Origin: Octopus bimaculoides
Taxonomy: Eukaryota
DNA length: 64,000 bases
Assembly: GCF_001194135.2 (NCBI RefSeq)
Contig: NC_068982.1
Span: 115,443,428 to 115,507,427 of the forward strand
Reading direction: 5' to 3'
The notes under the pieces: model-generated
What the model was told of the DNA's origin: nothing
The model's database searches: none
The model's input: the letters and a program-made list of their open reading frames with translations, nothing else
Made by a program: the position numbers and the translations under genes
Shown here: positions 35,952 to 50,270 of the stretch, piece after piece
How the letters are laid out: each line of letters starts with the position of its first letter
Position numbering within the stretch: the first letter of the stretch is position 1

Positions 35952-36343
35952 CCTTTCTTGTCTAGGCATGTGGCCTGAAATTTTAGGGGAGGGGGCTACT
36001 CAGATTGATCCCAATATTCAACTAGTACTTATTTCTTTGTCCATGAAAGGATGAAAGGTAAAGTCGACCTTGGCAGAATTTGAACTCGGAACATTAAGAT
36101 AGATGAAATTCCATAAAACATTTTGCCCGACATGCTAATGATTCTGTCAACTCAAAGTCTGTGTAATAACAACAACGACAACAACAATAATAATAATCCT
36201 TTCTACTGGAGGCACAAGGCCTCAGATTTGTGGGGAGGGAACTATTCGATTACATTGACCCCAGTGTTTCACTAGTACTTGATTTATCGACCCCTGAAAG
36301 GTTGAAAGGCAAAGTCAGCCTTGATGGAATTTGAACTCAGAAC
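35951..36343 (-). mobile_element. Two SINE family A copies with (ATT)n tails
   Basis: 35951-36154 and 36197-36343 carry GAAAGGATGAAAGG..AAAGTC..GAATTTGAACTC and are each preceded by (TAA)n. Confidence 0.7.
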
Positions 36344-36363
36344 ATAATAATAATAATAATAAT

Positions 36364-37596
36364 GTTGACAATGCATAGAATGCACCACCTTAAGGTAGAT
36401 ATAGAACAACTTTATCTGCCAAGAAAAGAGGGAGGCTGTGGACTTTTACAACTAGTATTAACAATGAAGATTGCCACAATTGGCCTAGACACCTACCAGA
36501 AAAACTCTGAGGACTGGATGTTAAAACTTGTCTGAAAACATGAAAACAAGAAAGCATCATACTCAGTAATAAAACAGGCAAAGGAATATCTAAGTGAATT
36601 CCAAATACAACAAATTCCAGAATTAGATGTACTGGAAACAAGCGCAGTAAAAGCTAAACGTATGAAAACCCGTGCTAAAACTGCTGCCTTAGATATTCTG
36701 ACTGATAAATGGCAAGAAAAACCTCTCAATGGCAAATACCCAAAGAGAGTAAATAATGCCAATGTTGACAAAGCCCTTACCCATCAATGGCTAATGGCTT
36801 CTGGCTTAAAATCAGAAACAAGCGTTTATCATAGCGGCCCAAGATCAATGCCTACCTACAAGGAACTACCAGGCTAACATATTAAAAAACAGCAGCTCTC
36901 CAATATGTCGTGTATGTCAACAACAAAATGAGACCATTGATCATGTCTTCGTGTGTAGTTTTCTTGTGCCTACAGAATATCTCAACAGGCATGATAGAGC
37001 TGCACAATATATTCACTGGGTAATTTGCAAAAACCCATGATAAAAACTGGTGAGAACACAAATCATCCCCAGTGCTTGAATATGATCACATCGCACTCCT
37101 CTGGAACTTCACCATTCAAACTGACTGAAAGATAGATGCAAATAGGCCAGACATCATATTGAAAGACTCTGTCAAGACCTACCAAAAACTGAGCAAGTAT
37201 AAAGATCTTGAAATAGAAATTAGCAAAATGTGGAACCTGAAGACTAAAACAATACCTGTTGTCATAGGTGCCCTAGGAATGATAGCAAAAGGGGCTGATT
37301 GCTACCTAGCTCAGATACCAGGAAACTCCAAAATGGCAGAAATTCAAAAGGTAGTGCTCATGGGAACTGCCCATATCCCACATAAAATACTGTCTATGTA
37401 ATCTCAAATTTTAAAACAAACACATAATTTTCTTATGGTTTCTTAAACATTCTCTAGAACAATACTATGTACAAAACCAAATATATGGTACCCTAGGCAT
37501 AACACCAACATGAACTTCTAACTTGTTGTCTCTTGAGGTCTCTGGGTGAGACTTGAAGCCAGCTTGTACAAATGCAAAGCAAAAGTCAAACATAAA
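36364..37596 (+). mobile_element. 5'-truncated R4/Dong-clade LINE (CCHC and restriction-like endonuclease)
   Basis: LYLPRKEGGCGL, CRVCQQQNETIDHVFVC, YLNRHDRAAQYIHW, ANRPDII, KLSKYKDLEIEISKMW..IPVVIGALG; (TAA)n on both sides. Confidence 0.85.
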
Positions 37597-37630
37597 ATAA
37601 TGATAATAATAATAATAATAATAATAATAA

Positions 37631-38075
37631 AGCTTTCTGATTTAGGCACATGACCGACAATTTTGAGTGGCAGGGTTTAGTAAATAACATTCATGCCAGT
37701 ATTTAACTGGCACTTTATTGTCATAATGACTTTTGATTTCGGCACATACTAGTCTATACCAGGCTGGGTAACTTTTCTTGAGAAGTAGGCTGCATGAGAC
37801 ATGGCTTAACACTGGGTGGGCCACACTGTTAAAAGAATTCAAGGTAATTTTTCATTAGGTATGCCATTGAGGAAGTTCCATGGGCCATAGGTTGCCCATG
37901 ACTGGTTTATACCATTGAAAATACTTGACTGAAAGCTAATTTTATCAGCCTAAAAAGACTGAGAGGCAAAGTTCAAAGTTGACCTCTGCAAGATCAGAAC
38001 TCAGAATGTAAAGAGCTGAAACAAATTCTACAAGGTATTTTTCCAACACTATTGATTCTGCCAATCCTCCACCCT
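37631..38075 (-). mobile_element. Old SINE family A copy containing a hAT MITE
   Basis: Degenerate family A segments on both sides of 37760-37904. Confidence 0.55.
37760..37904. mobile_element. hAT MITE (145 bp)
   Basis: Ends CAGGCTGGGTAAC / GTTGCCCATGACTG; 8-bp TSD GTCTATAC/GTTTATAC (7 of 8). Confidence 0.7.
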
Positions 38076-38684
38076 AATAGTAATAATGATAATAATTATA
38101 GCAATGATAATGATGCTGCTGATAATGATGATGACAATGATGATGATGAGAAGGAGGAGGAGGAGGAGCAGTAGGAAGCCAGGTTATCAAAAGTTGTTTT
38201 TTTCAAAAACACATTTGCTTTCCCTTGCTGCTTCCATTTAATAGTACTTTTGGTTAAATTGTTCACTTGGCTCAGTTCCTACCGAATAGGTATTTTCTTA
38301 CAATGTCAGAAGAATATTGCATTACACACACATATTTTTAAATTACTGGATTCCCACTACAAAAAAAAATGTATAATCCAATTGTATGTATACAAATGAC
38401 TATTAAAAAAGAGAAAACAACATACTGAAAGAGAAAATCGAACTATCAGTATAGATATTGAGACATTAAATTAGACAATAGAAAGATGGTTTTGTTAAAG
38501 CTTAAATTGTCTTCTTGACCATTTCCAGTTTACAAGAAACAATGAACCAGTGAAGGATTCACTATAATCCATGCAACTGCTCTACCTGCTTAAAATAGCA
38601 GCCAAGTTACCTTCAAATCATACCCAACAATCTTTAAAAATATAAAGGACATTTTAGTCGAAGAAACACTATGCCTGATAATAA

Positions 38685-38886
38685 AATAGAATTGTTAGCA
38701 CTCTGGGCAAACTGCTTAGCAGCATTTCATCTGTCTTTATGTTCTGAATTCAAATTCTGCTGGGGTTGACTTTGCCTTTCATCCTTTTGGGGTTGATGAA
38801 ATAAGTACCAGTTGAGCACTGAGGTTGATGTAATCGACTTACCCCTCCCCCAAATTGCTGGCCTTGTACCAAAATTTGAAACCAAT
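38685..38886 (+). mobile_element. SINE family A copy
   Basis: GAATTCAAATTC B box plus GCCTTTCATCCTTTTGGGGTTGATGAAATAAGTACCAG core. Confidence 0.7.
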
Positions 38887-39836
38887 AAATGGGATGGTCA
38901 TTGCTGGAGTGCCTTTTATCATAGATCTGTTTAGTCAGGGCTGATCTGGGACTAAACAACAAAAAGAAATAAATATAAATCGAAAATGAATCATACATTT
39001 CCCCAGTACAGTAAACAAACAAGTGTATTGAGGTATTAAAACAGACAGACAAGTTAACTTTATTTTAGACCTCACATTCTTCCAGAACTTTCCTAATATA
39101 TAAGAAATAGATATAAGATAAAATATTTCTATATATTTCCCATGCTACCCCCATCATTTTATAGATTAATTCATTTGTTACTCCCTATTAGGTTAAAACA
39201 GAGTCTTGCTGTTATCCACTTGTAAGAAAGTGGTGCTTTGAGGTAGTACCTAAGTTTCTTCTCTTTTGTTACCTATTTATTTCTAGTCCATATTTTGTGT
39301 TGCTTGTGGCTAGAATTACATTCTAAAAACCTGAGATAGAAAGAATTTGAAGAATACTCAGTGAGCCTGCCAGTTTGTTCATTCAGCTCCACAGGTTGGG
39401 CATTCTGCCAAGTAATTCTTTAACTTGTATCTAGGAGTCTGAATCTTTTAAGTGCATCTATGTGTGTGTGTGTGTGTGTGTAGATACACATGTATACATA
39501 TGTGAGAGAGAGGTAGAGAATGAGAGACAGATGCAAAGTAAAAAGTGATAAACTTATGTATATCATCATCATCATCATCATCATCATCATTATCATCATC
39601 ATTATCATCATTTAACATCCGTTGGCTACACTGGTATTGGTATATCATCATCATTATTATAATCTTACATTTACTCTCCCATGCTGATATAGGATATAGT
39701 TATATGATTACGTATATGTATGTATGTAAATTCATATAGATGTATATAAATGTATGTACATATACATACATATGTGTTCACACACACACACACTTCTTCA
39801 TATATACATTCATATAAACATACATACTTGTTTCCC

Positions 39837-39875
<39 letters not shown>

Positions 39876-40672
39876 ACACTAGTGGAACCTGACATGCATT
39901 TATTAATATATATCTATAATTATGTATTAAACAGCTGAATGTCATTAACCATAGTAAATGCTATCATATATGGAACACACCTTCATCATAATATTCTCTT
40001 GTCTATTCTCTATTCTCCACATCTTGCTATATTTTTTACAGAATTTTTTCTCAGAAAGAAATTTTATTATTTTATTCTGCCCTTGTTTATAATACTTACT
40101 TAGCAATCTTTATGGAAGTTTCTCATAGAATATTCTATCATTTTCACCCTGTTTGTCTCTCTCTCTCTCACTTTGATCCAACCCTTCATCACACAACTAT
40201 TAAAATATTTAGTCTACATTATCAGTAAGAAGATAAATATTGGTAGCATCAATACGTCACAGACCCATTTCTTAGGTTGCTTACCGTTCTGTCAATATAT
40301 AACACCCACCAATCTGTTGCAGTACAGTGCCAAGAATAACATAGTAGCAACATCAAAATATTTTATGTACCAGGACGATGGTGGTAGGGTGAGTGTGGTG
40401 GGATGGTGGTGGTGAGGAAATAGGGTGAAGATCTGGTTTAACATCTTTAAATTTGTGTTGTTTTTAAGGATTTTGTTTTCTCAGAGGGTAACGTGCATAA
40501 AATAACTCTTATTGTGATCATTAAAATCATTCTTCTCTAATCACCATTATCATTGTCGTCGTCGTCATCATCATCATCATCATCACCTCCTTATCATATT
40601 CCTACTCTTCATCAATATCATCACATCAGCAGTAGCTTCAGAAGCATTATTGTTATCTCCTTCCTCCTCCAT

Positions 40673-40716
<44 letters not shown>

Positions 40717-43059
40717 TGGCTTAACATTTGTTATATCTCTGCATATGAGTACTGGAGGTCTACATCAAAACAACCATCCTTCCATCATCAGAAAGACAGA
40801 GGGACCTGCAAAACTGTGCCTGTAATGTTGTACTTACTGTTTAACTCAAGGTCAGCTCTCAGCAGAACTACAATCAAAGATATTCCAGTTCTGACCTAGA
40901 CATCTTTTTGCATATTGTAGACTACACTGACCTATGTATTCTTCCTTTTTCTAATAAGATATGGCTACTATTTCTAGCAGATCAAGCAGCCATTGTTTTT
41001 CCTAAAACTCCCTAGAGAGTTCTTGCCTTCCACCTTCCTAGTTGCAGAAATATTTCTTCATCATCATTACCATCAAATGCTCTGTATGATGGATGGCTCA
41101 TCATCATCTGAGTTATTATTCACAGTTAATTTACTCTACAAATGTTACATACTTTATTCTACATATCCTACTCTTAAACATTAGTCTATAAATGTTAATC
41201 TACAAACTCTTACACTTCACATATCACTCAACATACCTTATTCTACATATCCAGCTCTACAAAATTTACTCAATTAACTTTACATACCCTACAAGCATTA
41301 TATAGCTTACTCAGCATTTTTTTTAACTCTGCAAACTTTACTCTACACACCTTACTTTCCATACTTTAAAACATCAGTCTACATACCTTATTCTAGCTTG
41401 GCTTGAATATTCAATGTCAATGATATATGTATGCTTCATTAGTGTAGTTTTGCCCATTTTGAGAAGAAGAGCTATTTACAGCGGTGACATCTTGTTATAG
41501 CAGTTGTTCACAAAAACATGACATCCTATAAGAGTGATATTATTCTAAGATTTGTTATAACATAATGAATAAAACAAGCCATTTCCCTTGCTAGGAGGTT
41601 AACTGAACATTGACTCTCCGATAAACAGCTGTGTAGTTGCCTTTCATGTTGGGATGAAACAGTATATTGTGCCCTAGAAAAGAAACAGATGATCACATCT
41701 GAAATAATTTCAGACAACTGTTGTGTCTTTTGGGAGATACTGACAGCTGATGAAATCAAGTAAGTATTTAAAGAACTGTTGTGTATTTAGGAGACAGAAA
41801 ATCACTACCATGGAAAAGGATACAGGCAATTTCCTGCATCATAGAAAGGACACTGAAATTATCTGTATTCTATACAAAAGATACAGTAGACTCTGTGTGT
41901 GTGTGTGTGTGTGTATTAGAAAGAATTAGTCACTCAACTCAGTTGTAATCTGTTATATTTCTTACCGTGATAAAGATTAAAAATAGACTTGTTTTAATTC
42001 TTTGTTTCTATATGTTGTCTTATTTTTAACATGTTAACCTGAAGTGAAAAGGTATTGAGTGACTTAAAAATAGAAGTTGAAAGATAATGTATGTCGTACC
42101 ATCAGTTTTTATTATGAAAAGGTTATCTATACTATACCATCAATTCTTATTGTGGCTTCTCACTGAATTGTTACTCTATGTTTAGTTCTTATAGTTTTGA
42201 TTGTATTAATGCAGTGTTAGCTATTTATGGCTATATTAGATTGTAGAAAGGATGGTGAATTTGTAGAATCATTCAAATCATGATTTCAAATCCTGTTGAG
42301 TCAACTTTACTTTTTAGCTTTCTGGAGTTGATTAAGTAAAGTATTTGTCAAGTACTAGTGTTGATTTGCAAACTTTTGTACAATTCTAGAAATCTATATA
42401 ATTTGCTATATTTGTGGTTAGATAGAAAAATAAATCCTCAGATTGACAGTTTGCTTTTAATGACAACCTTTTAGCTGACCAGATGTACTGTCATCAACAG
42501 ACATGCCTGTATCATCACCTTATGGACCAGTCATCTGGTACCATAGCCAGTTCAACTACCCAAATGCATGGGCAATAACAGATGTGCATGTAGCATCACT
42601 TTTTTTTTAACCAAATAGCTATTGTGCCTATTTCATCAACAGATGCTATATCCATCCTCAACTCAGTGACATTCCCTCCTTTGAGTTTATTTACATAACT
42701 TTCAGTTTTCCTGTATGTATTTTTTCTCATTGTTATCTTCTTGATGTCAAAATTGAAGCCTCATATCATATGTGCAATTTATAGTGGTTGGTATAGCTTG
42801 TCACAACAACACTGATTTACCAGACAGTAAAGGAAATGTGAATAAGACAATTGTTAAATGTTATCCTACATTTTCATCTATCATGGACAGAAATTATAAC
42901 TCTCTTCAGATTCTTGGAAGAGAAGTTAAACAGATTCCTGCAATTTAAATCTCAATAATAAATTGCTAGTATTCATATCTCATATTTCAATTCACTTTAT
43001 TGTTAATATTTCTGGGAAAAGTATGGATATCTTAACTTCCCATTTTGTACAACAAATCG

Positions 43060-43620
43060 ATATTAGCGTGTAGGGTGTATATAGAACTGCAATCCAAAAT
43101 TGGTGTGTTTATGACTGTAGGGTGTATGTAGCTTATATTTGTGTTCTTAACTGTGTATGGAGGATGTGTATAAAACTGTCAGTTCATATTGATGTGTCTG
43201 TGACTATTTATGTAGGGTGTATACAGAGCTATTAGCTCATACTAGTATGTTACTCTTTGTGTCAGATGTTTATAGAGCTGTGTGTTTATGACTGAGTAGA
43301 GTGTATATGAAGCTTGGCTGATATTACTGTTATGATTGTGTTGGGTGTACTTAGAATTGTTAGCTCGTATTGGTATACTTATGACTGCAGAGTGCTTATA
43401 GGATTGCCAGCTTGTATTGGTGAGGATGTATACAAGAACTGACAGTTTGTACTGATGTGCTCATGACCTGTAGGGTGTATATAGAACTAACAGCATATAA
43501 CTGTGTGTATAGAATAGTTACTATTTATTGGTGTGTTTATAACTGTAGGTTGTGTATAAAACTGACGGCTCATATTGGTGTGTGTACGACTGTGAATGAA
43601 GTTGTGCATAGAACTATCAG
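43060..43620. repeat. Degenerate minisatellite, ~45-55-bp unit
   Basis: Recurring GTAGGGTGTAT..AGAACTG..AG.TCATATTGGTGTG.TTATGACT. Confidence 0.7.
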
Positions 43621-44627
43621 CTTATAGATTAGGTGTTCAGATCCATTACATGCATTCCATTGTTGATTTTTAACGGGACAATTTATTTTATGTCTCCAAA
43701 TAGCTATTCATCAGTGAATTTGTGAAAGACTAGCATCTTGTCTTAGAGAAATTGCTGTTTATGAGATCAACTGAACTCCAAAGAAACCAAAATAAGCACC
43801 AGTGTTATGAAGTTTTGGGAATTAATTCTTATGCTTTCTCTCATCAACATATCTGGGCCAAATATTCAACCTGTTTTATGTTCAAACCAGCCATATCTAG
43901 CCTCTCACACCTACCCAGCAATGCCATTCTAAATATAAATATAATATAATCACATCATCAAAATCTTGAAGCTATGAGATAATAATTGATTAATTCAAAA
44001 CAATGTGAAAAAATTACATTTGACAGAATAATCTGAATGCTAAAAAGTTAAACCATTTTTATATACAAAAGGGAGTTCATGGAATGTTGAAGTAATTTAA
44101 TTAGCATGAATAATAGAAACCAGGCATTTATAGACTCTTGGTCATTTAACATAATGTAGAAGACAGGGGAATTATTTAGATGGCTGTTGGTACAAGAAGT
44201 GAACAACTTCCTATACTACCCATTAACTTTCTCATTGCTTGTACAAGAGTCTGAAAATGTTTTCTTTCTATAGTAATTATATTTTACCAAGTTTCCTTTT
44301 TGTATTTATTGTTGTCAACATTGTACACCCTCACCAGTTTCCATAATTCCTTATTTGATCCTTTTGTATAATCTGCCTGTTGGTTTGTCTGTGTGTCTGT
44401 TTATCTGTTAGTCTGTTTGTCTACATTTTATGAGAGAAATAAACAGATGTCTATCTGTTTCTTTCTCTTGTTCACATGAAATTCTCTGCATACATGTATG
44501 TCCCTTTAGTGTCACCTTTCTACAGGTCACAGCTGATATATTATATTTATCACTTCACTTCTTTCTTCTTTCTCTCTCTCCTTTCATAATATCTCTTTTG
44601 TTTCATGCAGTGTATCTGTCTTTCATC

Positions 44628-44659
<32 letters not shown>

Positions 44660-45139
44660 TGTATGTATGTATGNNNNNNNNNNGTATGTATGTATGTATG
44701 TATGTATGTATGTATTTATGTATGTATGCATGCGTGCATGCATACCTGAGTATGTCTGTATGTCATAATGCATGCATACATACCTGAGTATGTCTGTAAG
44801 TTATAATGCATGTGTATGTGATAGCATATGTGTGAGTGCCTGTAAATAGTCATTGTAGTATGTGTGATATTTGTCTAAGTGTATGTAAGTTTTGTATTGT
44901 GTGTGTGTGTGTGTATGTGAGAGAGAGAGAGAGAGAGAGAGAGTGTGTGTGTGTGTGTGTGCCTATCTGTCTGTCTGGTTAATATATGTGTGTCTACCTT
45001 TGAGGACATAGTCATGTATGTGCTCGTATATATCTACATGCCTAAAAGGTGGCAAGCTGGCAGAAGTGTTAGTATGCCAGACAAAATGCTTATCTGCATT
45101 TCGTCCATCTTTATGTTCTGAGTTCAAATTTTCTGTCAA

Positions 45140-45760
45140 ATATCTTGGTAGGTTTTTCATATTTTGCATTTTCCTTTGGCAGTGTAGATGGTATGTAGAC
45201 GGTCAGTGGCTGTAGTCTGTGTACAACATATTATGATATGTAAAATGGTGTCTTGTGTTCTTTACAGTTCATTGTAATTTTCTGTCCAGAGATTTGTGGC
45301 CCAGGTAGAACTTGTATAGTCCATGATAATTTTAATGAATTATTTGTACATCACTGTTGTTTCTTTCTATTGATCAAATGCAGTACTTGTGGTTGTTCTA
45401 AGCATGTTTCTGTATTGTTTTGTTCTCTTTACTATACTATCCACATATATTGTGAATGTTGTTGAGGAGCTTTATGCAACTCCTAGAATCTACATTTTCT
45501 GTGTGTGTGTGTGTGGGGGGGGAGGTTATATTTACATTGTTGAGTGTGATGGCTGGTTGTATATGATGTTCTCTAGTGTTGCTGTTTAGAAAAGAAACAA
45601 ATTTGCTAAGTACTAATTAGGCCAGGTTTTGAGATGATTTAAGTAGAGTTAGAGTAGAATGAGAGGATGTGAGTGTGGTGTTATCTGTATATGAGGCTGT
45701 ATGTGTTGTGGATATACCTTGATCATGTTGTTGTTATAGAGTAAACAGGTGAGAAGATAT
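45140..45760 (-). mobile_element. I/Ingi-like LINE RT and C-terminal relic
   Basis: SYTDNTTLTSS (YADD-like) and KETTVMYK*FIKIIMDYTSSTWATNLWTENYNEL*RTQ. Confidence 0.5.
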
Positions 45761-46294
45761 CCTCTTCTTTATCATCATCATTTAGCATCCATATTCCATG
45801 TTGGTGTGGGTTGGATGGTCAACAGGATCTGACAGGCTAGAGGACTGCATGAAATTCCAATGTCTGTTTTGGTATGGTTTCTATGGCTGAATGCCCTTCC
45901 TAACACCAACCACTTTACAGAGTGTACTGGATGTTTTTTCGTGTCACTGGTTCTCGCGAGGTCGCCAAATAACTTGCTCTGCTGGTTTTGTATGTGTGGT
46001 TTTTGTACACTTAGCTGCTAGTTTACTAGCTAACATTTTGTGTTCTTTCCTGAAGTGGCGTTTTATATTTTTTTATATTTATGGATAATGATGTTGAAGG
46101 TTTTGCTGATGCTGATGGTAGTTAGAATGGTAGGTGTGGGTGTTTCTTTTTTTGTAGTTGAAGCCATTATATAGAGTAATTTATGTGTTAGGCTTGTGAG
46201 TGTGGTAGAGGAAGATAGTTGGCTGAATCTGTGTTGAGATTTGGAGAGGGTGATATGTGGGTTAGTGATATTTAGAGTTTTTGAAGGTGTGTTT

Positions 46295-47092
46295 GCTGGT
46301 ATGGTCATGTGTTGTGTATGGATGAAGACAGCTGTGTGAAGAAGTGTCACATCCTAACAGTGGAGGGAACCTATGGAAAAGGTAGACCCAGGATGACCCA
46401 AGATGAGGTGGTGAAGCACGACCTTTGAACGTTGGGCTTCACAGAGGCAATGACAAGTGACCGAGACCTTTGGAGATATGTTGTGCTTGAGAAGACCTGG
46501 CAAGCCAAGTGAGATCATAGCTGTGGCTGATACCAGTGTTGCATAACTGGCCTGTTTAAAAGTACCCTTCAATCATTGGGCAATAAACTGTACTTGACAA
46601 GACCTGTTGAGTCAAGTGAAATTGTTGTTGTGGCCGATGTCAGTGCTGCCTGACTGGCACCCATGATGGTGGTATGTAAAAAGCACCATTTGAGTGTGGC
46701 CGATGCCAGTGCTGGTGGCATGTAAAAGGCACTATTTGAGCATGGTCGATGCCAGTGTTGCTTGACTGGCTCCCATGCTGGTGGCACATAAAAAGTGTCA
46801 TTTGAGTGTGGTTGATGCCAGTCCCGTCTAACTGGCTCCCATGCTGGTGGCATGTAAAAAGCACCATATGAGCGTGGTCAATGCCAGTGCCTCCTACTGG
46901 CCCCTGTGCCAGCAGCACATAAAAAGCACCCACTACATTCTTGGAGTGGTTGGTGTTAGGAAGGGCATCCAGCAGTAGAAACCTTGCCAGATCAGATTGG
47001 AGCCCGGTGCAGCCTCTTGGCTTACCAGTCCTCAGTCAAACCACTGAACCCATGCCAGCATGGAAAGCAGACATTAAATGATGATGATGATT
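46295..47092 (+). mobile_element. 5'-truncated RTE (ORF end and VNTR 3' UTR)
   Basis: WYGHVLCMDEDSCVKKC..GRPR, about 5 tandem units, (GAT)n. Confidence 0.85.
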
Positions 47093-47351
47093 GTGTGTGT
47101 ATAGTGATTTGTGTGTGCATTAAATATATATTTAAATTAACTTGTTTGTATGTGTATGTAGGGTGTGGTAAGTATCTTTCTTAATATAATATGTAGTTCA
47201 CTCCCTTATGCATACTACAGATCTAACATTTTCTTGTTCAATTTTATGCTTGACCTTGTCATTGTTGTCTTTGTAGTTTCAATGACAGGACACATTGACA
47301 TCTAATGGTGTACTGTGTGTGTGTGTGTGTGTGTGTGTATTAATATATATA

Positions 47352-47564
47352 CAGGGTGGCCCCAAAATAGGTTTACGGTTATAATATAGGCACTTTAAAT
47401 TTCTTTTAAAACATTTTATTACATTTAAATTTCTATCTTACAATTAACTAAATTACAATAAAATAATGGTTTCATATTTTTTTTACAATTAAGATCTAAA
47501 CTATTAATAAATGAATACGAAAGAGATAGTTGAATAACTGTAAACCTACTTTTGGGTTATCCTG
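47352..47564. mobile_element. Tc1/mariner MITE (213 bp)
   Basis: TIRs CAGGGTGGCCCCAAAATAGGTTTACGGTT / AACTGTAAACCTACTTTTGGGTTATCCTG; TA on both sides. Confidence 0.8.
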
Positions 47565-47897
47565 TATATATATATATATATACTTTTGTATACACACACA
47601 TAAGCATACATATAAATATACACACATACATGTAAATATACAAACATGCACACACACTCTCACACACACATTGCAATCTGTGATTCATACTTAAAGCAGA
47701 CACAGTTGAAATCCTGATAAACTGTGATATACATCCATCCATACATACATATGTACATATATATACACATACATATACATATGTGTGTATATAAAGAAGA
47801 CCACTAGGTGGACTGTTAATGTGCTAGAAGAAGATCACATGTAATGTGTCTACTAAGACCTAATTGTTCTCAAATGAAATTCAGCGAAATACCAATA

Positions 47898-47952
<55 letters not shown>

Positions 47953-48286
47953 TCTTATACACACAATATGTGTGTGTATATATACACACATACATACGCA
48001 TGCACACATACACACACATCTTTGCAATATGTGTGTGTGTTTAAATATTTAGTGAGCATAATGATTCAACAGTTACATGTATATACATGATGCAGAGGAA
48101 GGGTTAAGTTGTGTAGAGACAGGGAGAAAGGGAATGGAAAACTTGAAGAGAGACTATAAGAAATAGAACCAAAGAATGTAAAGAATGTTATTTCATTGTG
48201 TTAACAGGCCACACAAGAACTATGGAAATATGGTGGCTGGGGAGGAGATACAACTACTGTAAAATTATAGCCATTGTCTGCTTTGT

Positions 48287-48315
48287 ATCTATCTATCTAT
48301 CTATCTATCTATCAT

Positions 48316-48374
<59 letters not shown>

Positions 48375-48475
48375 GTCTGTCTGTGCACCCATCCCTCCCT
48401 CCACTCCCCTCACTCACTCACTCACTCACTCACTCACTTACTCACTCACTCACTGTGTGTGTGTGTGTGTGTTGT
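48287..48475. repeat. Compound (TATC)n-(CACT)n-(TG)n microsatellite
   Basis: Directly visible tandem runs. Confidence 0.9.
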
Positions 48476-48914
48476 GTGTGCGCAAAAGGTAATATATGTA
48501 TGTAGTTATGGTCTTGGGTTCACTTCCAATGCATGGTATATTGGGCTAGTAAGTGTCTTCTATTATAGCCCAAGGCTGACTAAAGCCTTGTCAGTGAATT
48601 TGTTAAATGGAAACTGAAAAAAGTCCATTGTATATACACATACATGTATATGTATGTGTGCGCACACCCTTGTCTAGACATCACGTGATGTTTCTAAAGA
48701 AACATCGTCATTATACAAGTGATGCTGGTTGTTTCCATTCTTCCATGAAAAACATGTCCAACATGGAAAAATATCACCTTGCTTAGAAACATGTAAAAGT
48801 TGGCAATATGAAGGGCATCCAGTCTTAGAAAATCTGACTTAACAAATCCCATCTGAATGATGATGATGATGTATATATACATACATACATGCACACATAG
48901 ATACATGTGCATGC

Positions 48915-48956
<42 letters not shown>

Positions 48957-49111
48957 TCGTTGTCGTCATCATCATAGTTTAATGTTCACTTTCCATGCTG
49001 GCATGTGTTGGATGGTTTGACAAGAGCTGGCCAGAAGACTGCACCAGACTTCTCTATCTGTTTTGGCACGGTTTTTATGGCTGGATGCCTTTCCCAACAC
49101 CAACCACCCTG

Positions 49112-49146
<35 letters not shown>

Positions 49147-49634
49147 TCAGTATCTGTAGCTGATAACGCTTAATAAAGTGTAATGTCAGAGGCATGTGAC
49201 CTGCAGTCCAGTGACATCTTTCAAAGTCCAGCTCAGTACATTTTTACATGCATTCTCTGAAAGGAAATTTCTCTTCTGAGACAATTACTGTGGCAAAGAT
49301 CTTTCCATATTTAAGTGTACACAGACATATCAAATATAAATGGGCACAGCTGTATTCTATTCATATCTACTTAGTATAATTGTAAATAATTAATTCCAGC
49401 ATGACAAGGCTTTGTGCACACCAGTAAATTAATTTTTTTCCAATTTACATGTAAGACAAGATATTATTAGTGTGCTGTGAATGATGGATTCCCTGTCTGT
49501 AGCTGACAAAGTATTACAATGCACAAACATGTGTCCTTTAGTCTGATGTGATTCATAGCCCAGCTCTTCACAACCATCACTACAACTACGTCGCTATCTG
49601 ACAATGAAGAAGAATTTCTTTCCATATGTATATA

Positions 49635-50264
49635 TGAGAAGACCCAACAAGCCAAGTGAGACCATAACCTGTGGCCTATGCCAATGGTGTAACTAGCCCA
49701 CTTAGGCGTACCTTTCTTTCATTGGACAATAAACTATGCTTGCGAAGACCTGTTGAGGCAGGTGAAACCGAAATCAAATTCGATGACAGCACCGCATGAC
49801 TGGCATCTGTGCTAGTGGAGTGTTAAGAGCACCATCCGAGCATGATTGTTGCCAGGGCCAATGACTGGCCCCCATGCCGGTGGCACGTAAAAAGCACCAT
49901 TTGAGCGTGATCGTTACCAGCATCGCCTTACTAGCACTTGTGCCGGTGGTACATGAAAAACAGCATTCGAACAAAGGCGTTGCCAGTGCTGCTGGACTGG
50001 CCCCTGTGCAGGTGACACGTAAAAACACCATTTGAGCGTGGCTGTTGCCAGTACCGCCTGACTGGCCCTCGTGCCAGTGGCACTTAAAAGCATCCACTAC
50101 ACTCTTGGAGTGGTTGGCGTTAGGAAGGGCATCCAGCTGTAGAAACTCTGCCAGATCAGATTGGAGCTTGGTGCAGCCATCTGGCTCACCAGTCCCCAGC
50201 CAAACCGTCTAACCCATGCCTGCATGGAAAGCAGACGTTAAACGATGATGATGATGATGATGAT
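49635..50264 (+). mobile_element. RTE 3' UTR copy with about 4 tandem units
   Basis: TGAGAAGACC start, tandem units, terminal module, (GAT)n. Confidence 0.85.
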
Positions 50265-50270
50265 GTATGT

